NCBI RefSeq assembly: GCF_013149785.1
Contig: NZ_JABEZU010000002.1
Coordinates: forward strand, 620,001-684,000
Direction of reading: 5' to 3'
DNA from: Isoptericola halotolerans
GTDB lineage: Bacteria; Actinomycetota; Actinomycetes; Actinomycetales; Cellulomonadaceae
Length of the DNA stretch: 64,000 nt
Made by a program: the position numbers and the translations under genes. The notes beneath the pieces were generated by a model. The model was given only the letters and a program-made list of their open reading frames with translations. It ran no database searches and was not told the origin of the DNA. This document shows positions 10,205 to 19,977 of this stretch, in pieces (within the stretch, counting starts at the first letter, position 1; every line of letters starts with the position of its first letter).

Positions 10205-11518
10205 ATGCGGATCTCCGTGATCGGTCTGGGTTACCTCGGTGCCGTGCACGCGGCGGCGCTCGCGGCGTCCGGGCACGAGGTCGTCGGCGTCGACGTCGAT
10301 GCCGAGCGGGTCGCCTCGCTCGCCCTGGGCAAGGCGCCCTTCTACGAGCCCGGGTTCGACGACCTGCTCGCCGACGTCGTGCGCGACGGTCGGCTGCGGG
10401 TCGGCACGGACGTGAGCGAGGTGGCCGGGTGCGCCGTGCACTTCGTGTGCGTGGGCACACCGCAGGCCGCGGACTCGGCCGCGGCGGACCTGCGGTTCGT
10501 GGACGCGGCCGTGGACTCGCTGCTGCCGCACCTGGGGGCCGGTGACGTCGTCGTCGGCAAGTCGACGGTGCCGGTGGGCACCGCCGAGCGGCTGGCCGCC
10601 GTCGTCGGCGCCGCCGCACCGGAGGCCGTCCTGGTCTGGAACCCCGAGTTCCTGCGCGAGGGGCACGCGGTGGACGACACGCTGCACCCCGACCGGATCG
10701 TCTACGGGGTGCCGGCGGGTCCCGCGGGAGTGCGAGCCGCGGAACGGCTCGACGCGGTGTACGAGGCCGCCCTGTCCCGGGGGGTCCCCCGGATCCTCGC
10801 GGACTACCCGACGGCCGAGCTGGTCAAGGTGGCGGCGAACTCGTTCCTCGCCACGAAGATCTCGTTCATCAACGCCATGGCCGAGCTGTGCGAGGTGGCC
10901 GGCGGCGACGTGACGCAGCTGGCGGACGCGATCGGCCACGACGCGCGGATCGGGCGGTCGTTCCTCAATGCCGGTCTCGGGTTCGGCGGAGGCTGCCTGC
11001 CGAAGGACATCCGGGCGTTCACCGCCCGTGCGGACGAGCTCGGTGCGGGGGAGGCCGTCGCGTTCCTCGGCGAGGTGGACCGCATCAACAACCGCCGTCG
11101 GGAACGGATGGTCGAGCTGGCGACCGAGGTGCTGGGCGGGTCCGTGTCAGGGCGGCGGGTGGCGGTGCTGGGCGCGGCGTTCAAGCCCGAGAGCGACGAC
11201 GTGCGCGACTCGCCGGCGCTCGACGTCGCGGCGCGTCTCGGAGAGGCCGGTGCCGACGTGATCGTCACGGACCCGCGAGCGGTCCCCACGGCCAGGGTGC
11301 GCCAGCCGCGGCTGGCCTTCACCGAGGACCTCGAGGTGGCGCTCGCCGGCGCGGACGTCGTCCTCGTCCTGACCGAGTGGCGACAGTTCCGCGACCTCGA
11401 CCCGGTGCGTGCGGGGGAGCTGGTCGCCCGCCGCACGGTGCTCGACGGCCGCCATGCTCTCGACCGCACGGCGTGGGAGTCGGCAGGCTGGCGCTACCGC
11501 GCGCTGGGCCGGGCCTGA
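10205..11518 (+). CDS. ugd: UDP-glucose/GDP-mannose 6-dehydrogenase
   Basis: MRISVIGLGYLG, CVGTP, KSTVPVGT, NPEFLREG, GFGGGCLPKD, FKPESDDVRDSP; TACACT 7 nt before the ATG. Confidence 0.93.
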   Translation: MRISVIGLGYLGAVHAAALAASGHEVVGVDVDAERVASLALGKAPFYEPGFDDLLADVVRDGRLRVGTDVSEVAGCAVHFVCVGTPQAADSAAADLRFVDAAVDSLLPHLGAGDVVVGKSTVPVGTAERLAAVVGAAAPEAVLVWNPEFLREGHAVDDTLHPDRIVYGVPAGPAGVRAAERLDAVYEAALSRGVPRILADYPTAELVKVAANSFLATKISFINAMAELCEVAGGDVTQLADAIGHDARIGRSFLNAGLGFGGGCLPKDIRAFTARADELGAGEAVAFLGEVDRINNRRRERMVELATEVLGGSVSGRRVAVLGAAFKPESDDVRDSPALDVAARLGEAGADVIVTDPRAVPTARVRQPRLAFTEDLEVALAGADVVLVLTEWRQFRDLDPVRAGELVARRTVLDGRHALDRTAWESAGWRYRALGRA

Positions 11519-11525
11519 CCGGTCC

Positions 11526-12266
11526 TCACGACCGCGTGACCTGCTCGGTGGCGAGCAGGCGTTCGAACCGGGCCGGGTCAGCGCTGAGCTCCCGGGTGGT
11601 GGCGGCGGACGTGAGCACCACGGAGCCGCCGCCGGCCCACGTCCCGAGGGTCTCGCCGAGCACCGTGGCGACCCCTCGGTCGCCACGGACCAGGGTGCGG
11701 CCGCTGCCCGCCTCGCCCGTGCCGACTGCGCCGCTCGTGGCACCCGGCAGCGCGGTGAGCGCGGGCGGGTTGCCGGCCACGGGGTCGAAGCCGATGACGT
11801 CGCCGTAGGTCATGACGGCCGCGGCGGCGTCGATCGCCCCGGGCGGGAGCTCGCCGTCGAAGCGTCGCGCCAGCGCGGGCAGGGCGACGGCGACGAGGTC
11901 GGCCGTCGTGGCGGTCCAGGTCCCGGGCCGGGACGTGACGACGACGTCGGCGCCGTCGGTCGGGGCCGCGGGGCTGCCGGGCACGGCCGGGTCGCCGAAG
12001 GTGACCGTCGCCCCGCAGCGCGCCGCGGACAGCGCCCACACGGTCTGGCGCCAGCCGACGGGCAGGTCGACGACGACGTGGGTGCCGGGACCGGCGTCGA
12101 ACTCCTCGACGAGGAGGTTGACCGTCTTGGCGACCCAGTTGCCGAGCACCGCGCCGGAGAGCTCGATGCGCTCGCCGTCGTCGCCGTACCAGGTCAGGGC
12201 CGGTCGGCCGGCGGTGGCGACGAAGTCGTCGAGGAGGGCGGTCACGGTGCCGGGTGCGGTGCTCAC
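11526..12266 (-). CDS. TIGR03089-family protein (AMP-binding-like fragment)
   Basis: RPALTWY..DGERIELSGAVLGNWVAKTVNLL; usual position upstream of whiB. Confidence 0.8.
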   Translation of the reverse strand: MSTAPGTVTALLDDFVATAGRPALTWYGDDGERIELSGAVLGNWVAKTVNLLVEEFDAGPGTHVVVDLPVGWRQTVWALSAARCGATVTFGDPAVPGSPAAPTDGADVVVTSRPGTWTATTADLVAVALPALARRFDGELPPGAIDAAAAVMTYGDVIGFDPVAGNPPALTALPGATSGAVGTGEAGSGRTLVRGDRGVATVLGETLGTWAGGGSVVLTSAATTRELSADPARFERLLATEQVTRS

Positions 12267-12292
12267 GCCGCCAGCCTACGAGCAGCCGGCAG

Positions 12293-12320
12293 CCTCAGGG
12301 GGACCTCAAGTCGACCTCAG
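12293..12320. promoter_or_regulatory. Three CCTCA(G/A) direct repeats at 11-nt period (OmpR-family box candidate)
   Basis: CCTCA at 12293, 12304 and 12315, just upstream of the minus-strand -10 (TAGGCT, 12273-12278). Confidence 0.45.
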
Positions 12321-12367
12321 ACAGTTGTGAACACGCGGTGCAGTTTGGCGACTTAGCACATTTCGGC

Positions 12368-12396
12368 TTGACGCCCTGGAAAGACACGCGTGTAAT
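12368..12396 (+). promoter_or_regulatory. whiB promoter: TTGACG-17 nt-TGTAAT with GACAC (WhiA motif) in the spacer
   Basis: TTGACG 12368-12373, GACAC 12383-12387, TGTAAT 12391-12396. Confidence 0.65.
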
Positions 12397-12440
12397 TCCA
12401 GGTATGCAGTTTCCGACAGAACGGCATGGAGGGGCACGCC

Positions 12441-12776
12441 ATGTGGAACTTGCTCGACGGGGGCGAGGTCTTCCCGTCTGATGTGACGAGCGAGCCGGAC
12501 CGGGTAGCACCGGTCCTGCCGCTGTTCGGGCAGGAGGTCGTCGAGGACGACGAGACCCTGCTGGGGTGGCAGGAACGAGCTCTGTGCGCCCAGACCGACC
12601 CGGAGGCCTTCTTCCCGGAGAAGGGCGGGTCCACGCGCGAGGCCAAGAAGGTCTGCGCCTCCTGCGAGGTCCGGTCCGAGTGTCTGGACTACGCCCTCGA
12701 GAACGACGAGCGCTTCGGGATCTGGGGCGGGCTGTCGGAAAGGGAGCGACGCAAGCTCAAGCGGCGCGCCGTCTGA
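12441..12776 (+). CDS. whiB: WhiB (WhiB2/WhmD-type) Fe-S transcription factor
   Basis: WQERALCAQTDPEAFFPEKGGSTREAKKVCASCEVRSECLDYALENDERFGIWGGLSERERRKL; GGAGGG RBS before ATG 12441. Confidence 0.96.
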   Translation: MWNLLDGGEVFPSDVTSEPDRVAPVLPLFGQEVVEDDETLLGWQERALCAQTDPEAFFPEKGGSTREAKKVCASCEVRSECLDYALENDERFGIWGGLSERERRKLKRRAV

Positions 12777-12812
12777 CGGATATCCCACGCGGTCCGCCTC
12801 CGGCGCCGCATC

Positions 12813-15800
12813 ATGGCGGACAGGATGACTGCTCCGCACCTGACCCAGGAACCTCTGCACGGCGGGGACGCGCCACCCGGCGCGACCCCGGGGCCGCTGC
12901 CGTCCCCGCCCGGGAGCGGCCGCGTCGCGGTCACCGTCACGACGGTGGTCGTCACCCAGGGCCGCACGCCCTACCTGCAGGCGACGCTCGACGCCGTCGC
13001 CGCGCAGGATCGCGCGCCCGAGGAGGTCGTCGTCGTCGACGTCGACACCACGGCATCGACGGCGGGCCACACCGACCTGCGCATGGGCGGGCGCCGGTTC
13101 GTCGGCGGTGCCGGTGCCCGTACCCTCGGCGAGGCGGTCGACCGCGCCCTCGCCGTGACGGACCTGCCGCCGACCACGTGGCTGTGGATCCTGCACGACG
13201 ACTCCATCCCCGCACCCGACGCCCTCGGCCGGCTGCTGCGGGCCGTGGAGCACTCCGCCGCGGTCGCCGTCGCCGGCTGCAAGCAACGCCGGTGGCGGGC
13301 CGCCGAGGACGGCCACGCCACCGCACCCGACCCGGACCGGCCGGGACTGCTCGTGGAGGTCGGCTACACCGTCTCGCCGCTGGGTCGGCGGATGACGGGG
13401 GTCGACGACAGCGAGATCGACCAGGGTCAGCACGACGCGAACGAGGACGTGCTGGCCGTCGGGCTCGCCGGAGCCCTCGTGCGCCGCAGCGTCTGGACCG
13501 CTCTGGGCGGCACCGACCCGGAGCTCGGCCGGTTCGGCGACAGCCTCGACCTCTGCCGCCGTGCCCGCCTCGCCGGACACCGGGTGATCGTGGTGCCCGG
13601 CGCCGTCGTGCACCACGTCCAGGCCTCGCTGCACGGGCTGCGGGGTCACCGGGCGCACGGTGGGACCGAGTCCTCCGCGTACGCCCGACGGCGCAGCCAG
13701 CTGTACGCCCGGCTCGTCACGGTGCCGCTCGGGCTGCTGCCGGTGGCCGTGGTCGCGATGCTCGTCTGGGCGCCGTTCGCCGCGGCGTACCGCCTGGCGC
13801 TCAAGCGTCCGGCGCGCGCCCGCGACGAGGTCGTCGCGCCCCTGGTGACGGTCCTGCGGGTCGTGCCGTGGGTCCGAGGACGACGCCGGGCCGCGCGTAC
13901 CCGCACGCAGCCGCGTCGGGTGCTGCGTCCGCTGCAGGGGAGCTGGCGGCGAGTCGTCGCCGAGCGACGCGACGCCCGCCTCGCCCGCGCCGAGGTGCAC
14001 CGTGCCGTGCGACAGCCGACCGACCTGGAACGCATCGAGCTGCGACACCTCGCTCGCCGCCGGCGCACCGCGCTGCTCGGCGTCCTGACGGTCACCGTCG
14101 CGGTCGCGGCCGCAGCCTTCGGGTCCTGGCAGGGCCTGCTGGCCGACGGCGGCCGGATCGTCGGTGGCGCGCTGCTGCCCGCGCCCGCCGGTCTCGGTGA
14201 GACGGCCGTGGCGGCGACGTCGGGATGGGTGCGCGACGGCCTGGGCACCGGCGCCCCGGCCGACCCGGTGCTGCTGGTGCTCACCGCGCTGGCCGCCCTG
14301 GCCGGCGGGAGCGCCCAGACGGCCGTGAACACGCTCGTGGTGGCCGCCGTGCCCGTCGCGGCGCTCGGTGGGTGGTTCGCCGCGGGTGTCGTGACGCGGT
14401 CGGTCTGGGCCCGGGCTGCCGGAGCGCTCGTCTGGGCGGCCGCGCCCACGTCCGTCGAGAGCCTCGGGTCCGGACGCACCAGTGCGCTGATCGCCCACCT
14501 GACGCTGCCGTGGGTGCTGGTCGCCGTGACGCGGGCCGTCGGTGCGCAGGCCCGCGACGCGGCCTCGCCGGCCGCGCCGCACCGAGGGTCCCTCGGTGCC
14601 GCCGCCGCCGCCGGGCTGCTCCTGGCCGTCGCGGTCTGCGCGGCGCCGGTCCTGCTGCCGGTCGCGGTGGTCGCCGTCCTGGGCGGGCTCGTCGTGGCCT
14701 GGCGTCAGTGGCGGCGCCTCGTGCTCGTGCTCGTGCCGGCCGTCGTCGCCCCGCTGCCGTTCTGGTGGCACGCCGTGGCGACGTGGTCCGACGGCGGTTG
14801 GCGACTGCTGCTCGCGGAGCCGGGCGTCCCGGTGGCCACCGCGTCGCCGCACGGCCTCATGCTGCTGCTGGGCCGGCCGACGGACCCGGACCCGTGGCTG
14901 TCGGGGACGATCCCGGCCGACGGTCCGGCAGGGGTCCTGCTCGGCGCGGGTCCGTGGCTGCTCGGGGCCGGTGTGCTCGTGCTCGCGACCGCCGGGCTGC
15001 TCGTGCGACGCCGCCTGGTGGCGTCACGGGCGGGGATCGCGTTGGCGGTCCTGGGCCTGGGGGCGGCGCTGCTCGCCGCCGGGACCACCGTCGCGTCCGG
15101 GCGTGCTGCCGACGGCGCCGTCACCGCGGTGCACGGCTGGCCGGGCGCGGGACTGTCGGTCCTCCTGCTGGGACTGGGTGTCGCGGCGCTGGCGGCGACA
15201 CCCGAGCCCGGGTCGGGACGCCCGCGACGCATCGCGGTCGGCGCGCTCGCCGCCGTGGCGCTGCTCGTCCCGGTCGCGGGACTGGCCGCCTGGTGGCAGG
15301 ACGACGCGCGAGGCGAGTCCGTGGCAGGCCTGCGGGTGACGGACGCCGCCGTCGTCCCCGCCGTCGGGCAGCAGATGCAGGCCGATCCCCGGGCGGCCCG
15401 CGTGCTCCAGCTCGACCGGGCCGACGGCGTCGTCGACTACGCGCTGCTGCACGCCGACGGCACCAGCCTGCTCGACTCCTCGGTCGTGGTGCGGGCCCGG
15501 GACGCCGGCCTCGTCCCCGGTCCGCGCCGTGACGACGTCGCCGCGCTGGACGAGCTCGTCGCGCAGGTCGCCGTCGGCCGGGCACCGGACCTCGCCGCCC
15601 GCCTGGGCACGATGGGCATCGGGGCGGTCCAGCTCCCGCGCGGCGGGGACGCCGAGCTCGCCACCACGCTCGACCTGGTGCCGGGACTGACCCGCGTGAC
15701 CGAGGGTGGAGTGCCCCTGTGGCGCGTCGACCTCGAGGACGGGCCGCCCCCGGGCTGGGCCACCGTCCTCGAGGCTGCTCCCGAGGACGGAGCCAGCGGC

Positions 15801-16106
15801 GTACCGGTGCAGACGCTCGCCGCGGACGGCGTTCGTGTCGTCGACGTCGTCGACGAGGGCGAGGAGGCCAGGGTGCTCGTGCTCGCCGAGACGGCCGGTC
15901 CCGGATGGCGTGCCGGCCTGGACGGACGCCGGCTGACGGCGCTCGAGGTGGACGGCCGGCAGGCGTTCGAGCTCGGGGCGGCCGCAGGCCGTGTGGAGGT
16001 GTCCTACGACGCCTCGTCCAGGCCACCGTGGTTCGCGCTGGCCGGGTTCGTGCTGGTCGTCTACACGCTGCTCGCGCTGCCGGTCGGCCGACGGAGGTCC
16101 CGATGA
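12813..16106 (+). CDS. Large GT2 glycosyltransferase with multi-TM C-terminal region
   Basis: 1097 aa; WLWILHDDS, DQGQHD, DLCRRARLAGHRV, followed by many TM helices; conserved neighbour of whiB. Confidence 0.85.
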   Translation: MADRMTAPHLTQEPLHGGDAPPGATPGPLPSPPGSGRVAVTVTTVVVTQGRTPYLQATLDAVAAQDRAPEEVVVVDVDTTASTAGHTDLRMGGRRFVGGAGARTLGEAVDRALAVTDLPPTTWLWILHDDSIPAPDALGRLLRAVEHSAAVAVAGCKQRRWRAAEDGHATAPDPDRPGLLVEVGYTVSPLGRRMTGVDDSEIDQGQHDANEDVLAVGLAGALVRRSVWTALGGTDPELGRFGDSLDLCRRARLAGHRVIVVPGAVVHHVQASLHGLRGHRAHGGTESSAYARRRSQLYARLVTVPLGLLPVAVVAMLVWAPFAAAYRLALKRPARARDEVVAPLVTVLRVVPWVRGRRRAARTRTQPRRVLRPLQGSWRRVVAERRDARLARAEVHRAVRQPTDLERIELRHLARRRRTALLGVLTVTVAVAAAAFGSWQGLLADGGRIVGGALLPAPAGLGETAVAATSGWVRDGLGTGAPADPVLLVLTALAALAGGSAQTAVNTLVVAAVPVAALGGWFAAGVVTRSVWARAAGALVWAAAPTSVESLGSGRTSALIAHLTLPWVLVAVTRAVGAQARDAASPAAPHRGSLGAAAAAGLLLAVAVCAAPVLLPVAVVAVLGGLVVAWRQWRRLVLVLVPAVVAPLPFWWHAVATWSDGGWRLLLAEPGVPVATASPHGLMLLLGRPTDPDPWLSGTIPADGPAGVLLGAGPWLLGAGVLVLATAGLLVRRRLVASRAGIALAVLGLGAALLAAGTTVASGRAADGAVTAVHGWPGAGLSVLLLGLGVAALAATPEPGSGRPRRIAVGALAAVALLVPVAGLAAWWQDDARGESVAGLRVTDAAVVPAVGQQMQADPRAARVLQLDRADGVVDYALLHADGTSLLDSSVVVRARDAGLVPGPRRDDVAALDELVAQVAVGRAPDLAARLGTMGIGAVQLPRGGDAELATTLDLVPGLTRVTEGGVPLWRVDLEDGPPPGWATVLEAAPEDGASGVPVQTLAADGVRVVDVVDEGEEARVLVLAETAGPGWRAGLDGRRLTALEVDGRQAFELGAAAGRVEVSYDASSRPPWFALAGFVLVVYTLLALPVGRRRSR

Positions 16107-17698
16107 GCCGCCTCAGGAACGCCGGACGGACCGCGCTCGCGACCGTCTCGGGACTCGCCGTCGTCGGCGTGCTCGGGGTGACCGCGGCGGTCGGTGACCA
16201 GTGGGTCGGGCGCTGGACGGGAGCGAGCCAGGCGGCCCTCGACGCCGGCACCCGGGAGATGCCCGTCGAGCCTGCCGAGCTGCCGTCCGTCTGCCCCGGC
16301 CCGGTGGCGCTCCCCGCCGGTGCGGACGTCGGCGACCAGCAGTTCAGCGCGGCACCCGTGCAGACCTCGACCACGCTCGCCGCGGCCGTCGACGGTGCGA
16401 CCCGGGCCCCCGGTCTGACCGGTCTCGACGGCTCGGACGCCGGTGCGCTGACCGAGGGGCCGGAGGCGGACGTGTCCGTCGGGCCGACGGACGACGTCCG
16501 GGTCCTGCGCGTCCAACCGTCCGCGGCCGACCCGCTGCGGGGCTCCGCCGCGGTCGCGTCGGTGACGACGGCCGGAGACCTGCGCGGGCTCGCCGCCGCC
16601 TCCTGCACGACGCCCAGCACGTCGCACTGGCTGGTCGGCGGCAGCAGCCGGGTCGGCTCCAGCGCCCTGCTGGCCGTGCAGAACCCCAGCAGCCGCCCCG
16701 CGTCCGTGGCGCTGGAGGTCTTCGGGCCGTCCGGCCCGGTCGCGGTGGGCGGCCAGGCCGCCTTCACCGTCGCGCCGGGCGAGGAGGTCGTCACCCGTCT
16801 CGACTCGCTCGCGCCCGAGCAGCGGCGTCTCGGGGTGCACGTGCAGGCCAGGGGCGCCCGCGTGACGGCATCGTTGCAGAGCCAGGAGATCGACGGGCTG
16901 GTCGCCGCGGGGACGGACCTGGTCGAGCCGGGCGGGGTGCCCGCGTCCTCCTTCGCCGTGACGGGTGTCGTCAGCCGCGGCGAGCCGGCGGACGACGAGC
17001 ACGCGGCAGCGCTGTGGCTGCTGGCCCCGCAGGAGGCCGGCACCGCGCACGTCAGCGTCTACGGCCCGGAGGGTCGGGTGACGCTGCGTGGCGCGGAGGA
17101 GGTCCCGCTCGCGGCGGGCGCCGTCACCGGGGTACCGCTCGGCGGCCTGGAGGCCGGCACCTACGCGGTGGTCGTGGACGCCGACGTCCCCGTGACCGGC
17201 GCGGCACGGTTCGCCGTCCCGGGGGAGCTTCCCGACGACGACGTCGTCGACGGCACCCCCTACGACGTCGCGTGGAGCGCCGCACGGGCGGTCGCAGCCC
17301 CCCAGGAACCGGCGTCGGGCCAGGTGGCGCTGCCACGGGGGGCCGACGGCGCGACCGTCGTCCTCGCGGGCGTCCCCGCGGTGCGCGACCCCGACGTGGC
17401 GCCCGACGGCGAGGTCGTGGCGACGGTCCGTGGGCTGGACGCCGAGGGCGCGGTCGCCGGCGAGCGGGAGGTCCGGGTCCCCGTGGGCGGGAGCGTCGAG
17501 GTACCGGCCGAGGACGTCGGGGCGTCGACGGCGGTCGTGGTCGACGCCGCGGCCGGCCCGGGATCGCTCGCCTGGTCGGTGCGGCTCACGACGGCCGACG
17601 CCGCAGAGACCCCCGGCGCACTGGTCGCCACGCTCGACCCGACGCCGACGCTCGTCGCACCCGGCGGGGTCGAGGTCCGGCGCGTCGACGCCTGGTGA
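16103..17698 (+). CDS. DUF5719-family exported protein
   Basis: ATGA overlap with the GT2 gene; N-terminal TM, VCPGP, GDLRGLAAASC, WLVGG..VG....L.VQNP; typical synteny. Confidence 0.75.
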   Translation: MSRLRNAGRTALATVSGLAVVGVLGVTAAVGDQWVGRWTGASQAALDAGTREMPVEPAELPSVCPGPVALPAGADVGDQQFSAAPVQTSTTLAAAVDGATRAPGLTGLDGSDAGALTEGPEADVSVGPTDDVRVLRVQPSAADPLRGSAAVASVTTAGDLRGLAAASCTTPSTSHWLVGGSSRVGSSALLAVQNPSSRPASVALEVFGPSGPVAVGGQAAFTVAPGEEVVTRLDSLAPEQRRLGVHVQARGARVTASLQSQEIDGLVAAGTDLVEPGGVPASSFAVTGVVSRGEPADDEHAAALWLLAPQEAGTAHVSVYGPEGRVTLRGAEEVPLAAGAVTGVPLGGLEAGTYAVVVDADVPVTGAARFAVPGELPDDDVVDGTPYDVAWSAARAVAAPQEPASGQVALPRGADGATVVLAGVPAVRDPDVAPDGEVVATVRGLDAEGAVAGEREVRVPVGGSVEVPAEDVGASTAVVVDAAAGPGSLAWSVRLTTADAAETPGALVATLDPTPTLVAPGGVEVRRVDAW

Positions 17699-17728
17699 CG
17701 CGCCGGACGACCTGCTCGGCCGACCCGC

Positions 17729-18202
17729 TCAGCGCCGCCCGAACCCGGGGTCGATCTCCTCCGGCGTGCGCGCCAGGAGGTGTGCCACCTGCTCCACGAC
17801 GACGTCGTGCACCAGGACCGCGAGGTCCTCGCCGTCGAGGCTGCGCGACTCGACGGGTCGCCGGTACACGACGATCCGCGCGGGCTGCCCCGACTCGGCA
17901 GGGAAGAGCCTGCCCAGCAGGACGCCGCCGGACTCCCACGGTGCCGGGTCCGACGGCGGTACGTCCTCGACGGCGAGCTCGGTGCCACCCACCGCGGGCC
18001 AGGAACGCTCCACCCGGGCCAGGGCGTCCAGGACGAGGTCGTCGAACCGCTCGGCCCGTGTGCGGTACCCGGGCGAGCCCGGGGGCAGCAGCGGGCCGCG
18101 GATCCCGCGCCCCCGGCGGTCCCGCCGACGACGCGCCTCCGGCGCGGGCGCCGTCTCGACGTGCCGGTCGCCGCCCGCAGGGCTCAGGTCGGAGCTGCTC
18201 AC
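17729..18202 (-). CDS. Zincin-like metallopeptidase family protein
   Basis: RRRDRRGRGIRGPL, RFDDLV, AVEDVP, RIVVYRRPVE, VHDVVVEQVAHLL. Confidence 0.8.
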   Translation of the reverse strand: MSSSDLSPAGGDRHVETAPAPEARRRRDRRGRGIRGPLLPPGSPGYRTRAERFDDLVLDALARVERSWPAVGGTELAVEDVPPSDPAPWESGGVLLGRLFPAESGQPARIVVYRRPVESRSLDGEDLAVLVHDVVVEQVAHLLARTPEEIDPGFGRR

Positions 18203-18269
18203 CGTCCGAGGGTATCCGTGACCGGCGCGCCTGGACGGGGAGGGCGCAGCGGGCGCGTATCCTCCCTGC

Positions 18270-18638
18270 GTGAGATCGACCAGGCAGTGCTCGCGCACGG
18301 CATGCACGGAGGCTGCTGTGGCGACCCTCACCTACGTCTACGCGGACTCCACCGCGGTGCTCGGCCCCCTCGCCCAGCACGCGGAACCGCACAGCTACGA
18401 CCTGTGCTCCGTGCACGCCGAGCGACTGACCGCTCCGCGCGGGTGGGAGGTCGTCCGCCTGCAGCCGGAGTTCGCGGTCCCGCCGCCGTCGAAGGACGAC
18501 CTCTCGGCGCTGGCCGAGGCGGTGCGCGAGGCGGGACGGGCGCGTCCCGAGGTCACACCGTCCTCCGGTGAGCCGGACACGGTCACCGAGACCGCGCGCC
18601 GGGGTCATCTGCGCGTGCTGCGCGCCGAGTCCGACTGA
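18270..18638 (+). CDS. DUF3499-family protein
   Basis: RQCSRTAC..AVATLTYVYADSTAVLGPL...EPHSYDLC..HAERLTAPRGW; C-terminal RRGHLRVL. Confidence 0.88.
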   Translation: MRSTRQCSRTACTEAAVATLTYVYADSTAVLGPLAQHAEPHSYDLCSVHAERLTAPRGWEVVRLQPEFAVPPPSKDDLSALAEAVREAGRARPEVTPSSGEPDTVTETARRGHLRVLRAESD

Positions 18639-18641
18639 CCG

Positions 18642-19844
18642 TCACGGCACCCACGCGCACACGAGGTGCCCCGCACCGGTGGCGTGCAGCGGACCGGCGT
18701 CGTGCGGCACGAAGGCCGAGGACCCCTGGGGCAGGACGGCCGGTTCCGCGGCACTCTCCGCGCACAGGGTGACACGACCCCCCAGGCAGAGCACGACGCG
18801 CGGCCCGACGGCCGGCAGCACGACCTCCTGGCCCGGGCCCACGTCCGCGGTCGTCAGGGCGAACTCCGTGACCGGCGCGCGGTACGTGTGCACCGTGCCG
18901 TCCGGCCCGGACACCGTGCGCTCCGGCGCCACGGGTGGGCGCGGGACGAACGACGCGCACTCGAGCAGCGCGTCGCTGTCGACCCGCTTGGTCGTCAACC
19001 CGGCGCGCAGGACGTTGTCGCTCGACGCCATCACCTCGACCGCCAGGCCCGACAGGTAGGCGTGCACCTCGCCCGGCGGGAGGAACAGCCCCTCGCCCGG
19101 GTCGAGCGTGACCCGGTTGAGCAGCAACGAGGCGAGGGCACCGGGGTCGCCCGGGTGCTGGGCGGCCAGCGCCAGGACGGTCGCGTCGGCCCGGGCCGAC
19201 GGCGAGGAGGCCAACCGGTCCCGGACGGCGTCGACGGTGGCGGCCACCTCCTCGGCGCACCGGTCCGTCCCGCGTGCCGCCAGGAGGTGCGTGAAGGCTG
19301 CCCGGATGCCCCGCGGCGAGCGGTCGGCCTCCAGCGCGCCGCGGACCCGCTGGATCAACGGGCCGTCGAGACCGGCGAGCAGCTCCAGCACGGTCCGCGC
19401 CGTGCGGAACCCGGCCAGCCCTTCGAACTCGGTCAGGGCGACGACCATCTCGGGCTTGTGCTGGTCGTCGTGGAAGGACCGGTCGGGCGAGCCCGGTGCG
19501 ACGCCGAGCCGGTTCTCCCGGTTGAAGCCGGCCCGGGCGAGGTGCGGCCGGGGGTGCACCTGCAGGGAGAGCGCGCGGTCGGCGGCCAGGACCTTGAGGA
19601 GGAACGGGAGCCGGGGGCCGAAGAGGTCCGAGACCCGTCGGCCGAGCATCGCCTCCGGCGCCGACCGGACGAGCTCGTGCAGCGGGACGCCGTCGGCGCG
19701 GCTCGGGGCGCTCGGGTGCGCACCCAGCCACAGCTCGGCGACGGGGCCGCCGTCCGCGGGCGATCCCAGCAGCGCCGGGATGCGCGTCGGGGAGCCCCAG
19801 TCGTAGCGCCGCAACGGGTTCTCCAGAGGGTGCAACGCGGTCAC
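18642..19844 (-). CDS. manA: Mannose-6-phosphate isomerase class I (copy 1)
   Basis: YDWGS, AELWLGAHP, LPFLLKVLAA, LSLQVHP, HKPEM, VHAYLSG, EVMASSDNVLRAGLT; the GTG start at 19844 is a best guess. Confidence 0.92.
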   Translation of the reverse strand: MTALHPLENPLRRYDWGSPTRIPALLGSPADGGPVAELWLGAHPSAPSRADGVPLHELVRSAPEAMLGRRVSDLFGPRLPFLLKVLAADRALSLQVHPRPHLARAGFNRENRLGVAPGSPDRSFHDDQHKPEMVVALTEFEGLAGFRTARTVLELLAGLDGPLIQRVRGALEADRSPRGIRAAFTHLLAARGTDRCAEEVAATVDAVRDRLASSPSARADATVLALAAQHPGDPGALASLLLNRVTLDPGEGLFLPPGEVHAYLSGLAVEVMASSDNVLRAGLTTKRVDSDALLECASFVPRPPVAPERTVSGPDGTVHTYRAPVTEFALTTADVGPGQEVVLPAVGPRVVLCLGGRVTLCAESAAEPAVLPQGSSAFVPHDAGPLHATGAGHLVCAWVP

Positions 19845-19892
19845 GGAGCCAGCCAACCACAGCAGCGCGGCGCGTCCAGGCAGGCGTCTCGT

Positions 19893-19925
19893 GTTCACCC
19901 GCAGGTCGCCTCCCGGCCACCGGCC
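19893..19925 (+). promoter_or_regulatory. PHO-box-like 11-nt direct repeats
   Basis: GTTCACCCGCA / GGTCGCCTCCC / GGCCACCGGCC in phase, then TAGCGT at 19931-19936. Confidence 0.55.
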
Positions 19926-19977
19926 GGGGCTAGCGTTCGTCGGACGTGCCGAGACGCTCGGCTTCCGGACGTGAGGA

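Noticed and set aside
12304..12321. SoxR/MerR operator (CCTCAAGT...)
   Set aside because: The second half is a direct repeat, not the inverted ACTTGAGG required.
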